A model generated the notes under the pieces. It made no database searches and was not told the origin of the DNA. It saw only the letters and a program-made list of their open reading frames with translations. DNA of 64,000 nucleotides, taken from NCBI GenBank assembly GCA_943788835.1, contig CALSRU010000001.1:2229-66228 (forward strand), in the 5' to 3' direction. Origin of the DNA: an uncultured Pseudomonadales bacterium (GTDB taxonomy: Bacteria > Pseudomonadota > Gammaproteobacteria > Pseudomonadales > UBA7434). The first letter of the stretch is position 1. Each line of letters begins with the position of its first letter. A program made the translations under genes and the position numbers. Of the stretch, positions 63,692-64,000 are shown one piece after another.

Positions 63692-64000
63692 TTAAGCCGA
63701 AGCTTGGTTTGGGGAATCAAGCGCACTCGATGGAATGTAGGTCTGGACCGCCTCTAAAATTTCTACCTTGCTAAAGGGCTTGGTAACGTATTGGTCGGAG
63801 CCAACAATGCGGCCTTTGGCTTTATCAAATAAACCGTCTTTACTCGACAGCATAATCACCGGCGTATTTTTAAATTCCGGATTGTTTTTTATAAGCGCGC
63901 AGGTTTGATAGCCATCAAGCCGAGGCATCATGATGTCAACGAAAATGATATCGGGCTTAAGCGCGGCAATTTTCGCCAAGGCCTCGAAACCATCTTCGGC
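63692..64000 (-). CDS. pilG: Single-domain response regulator PilG (5' end beyond right edge)
   Basis: The reading frame stays open to the window edge (…AEDGFEALAKIAALKPDIIFVDIMMPRLDGYQTCALIKNNPEFKNTPVIMLSSKDGLFDKAKGRIVGSDQYVTKPF). The M in the track ORF is a TTG artefact. Confidence 0.88.
   Translation of the reverse strand, partial: AEDGFEALAKIAALKPDIIFVDIMMPRLDGYQTCALIKNNPEFKNTPVIMLSSKDGLFDKAKGRIVGSDQYVTKPFSKVEILEAVQTYIPSSALDSPNQASA

Overview
This window looks like core chromosome of a gammaproteobacterium, and its gene order follows Pseudomonas/E. coli-type housekeeping blocks (recognised from memory, no database search was possible). Reading left to right, the blocks are:
- ppc, a tandem gap pair, and pgm
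- a Zn-ADH and an MtfA-like peptidase
- purA-hisZ-DUF2065-hflC-hflK-hflX-hfq-miaA-mutL-amiB-tsaE-nnr, facing queG
- hemY-hemX-hemD-hemC-algR-algZ
- argH-cyaA-lptM-lysA-dapF-yigA-xerC-yigB
- a sutA-like gene
- glnK-amtB-glnK
- ubiK-comM
- a hydrolase/oxidoreductase pair
- rsmE-metF-ahcY-metK plus an ArsR-methyltransferase (SahR-like) regulator
- a type IV pilus Pil-Chp chemosensory cluster (chpC-chpA-pilJ-pilI-pilH-pilG) that runs off the right edge

I count about 53 CDS at high coding density. I saw no tRNA/rRNA, CRISPR array, IS/transposon, phage-type integrase island or recognisable defence genes.

I did not find a convincing new multi-gene system, and most of the window is ordinary. The leads worth a second look are:
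1. A GAPDH paralogue that lacks the catalytic cysteine and is translationally coupled to a canonical gap gene.
2. A SutA-like protein carrying a lysine-rich, histone-H1-like N-terminal half, preceded by a 518-bp AT-rich non-coding region.
3. A glnK-amtB-glnK sandwich with a clear sigma54/NtrC control region.
4. A SahR-like regulator next to the methyl-cycle genes, with a perfect 14-bp inverted repeat upstream.
5. A Pil-Chp cluster without pilK/chpB.
6. Several small repeat oddities.

All start-codon refinements and motif calls were made by eye from the sequence.
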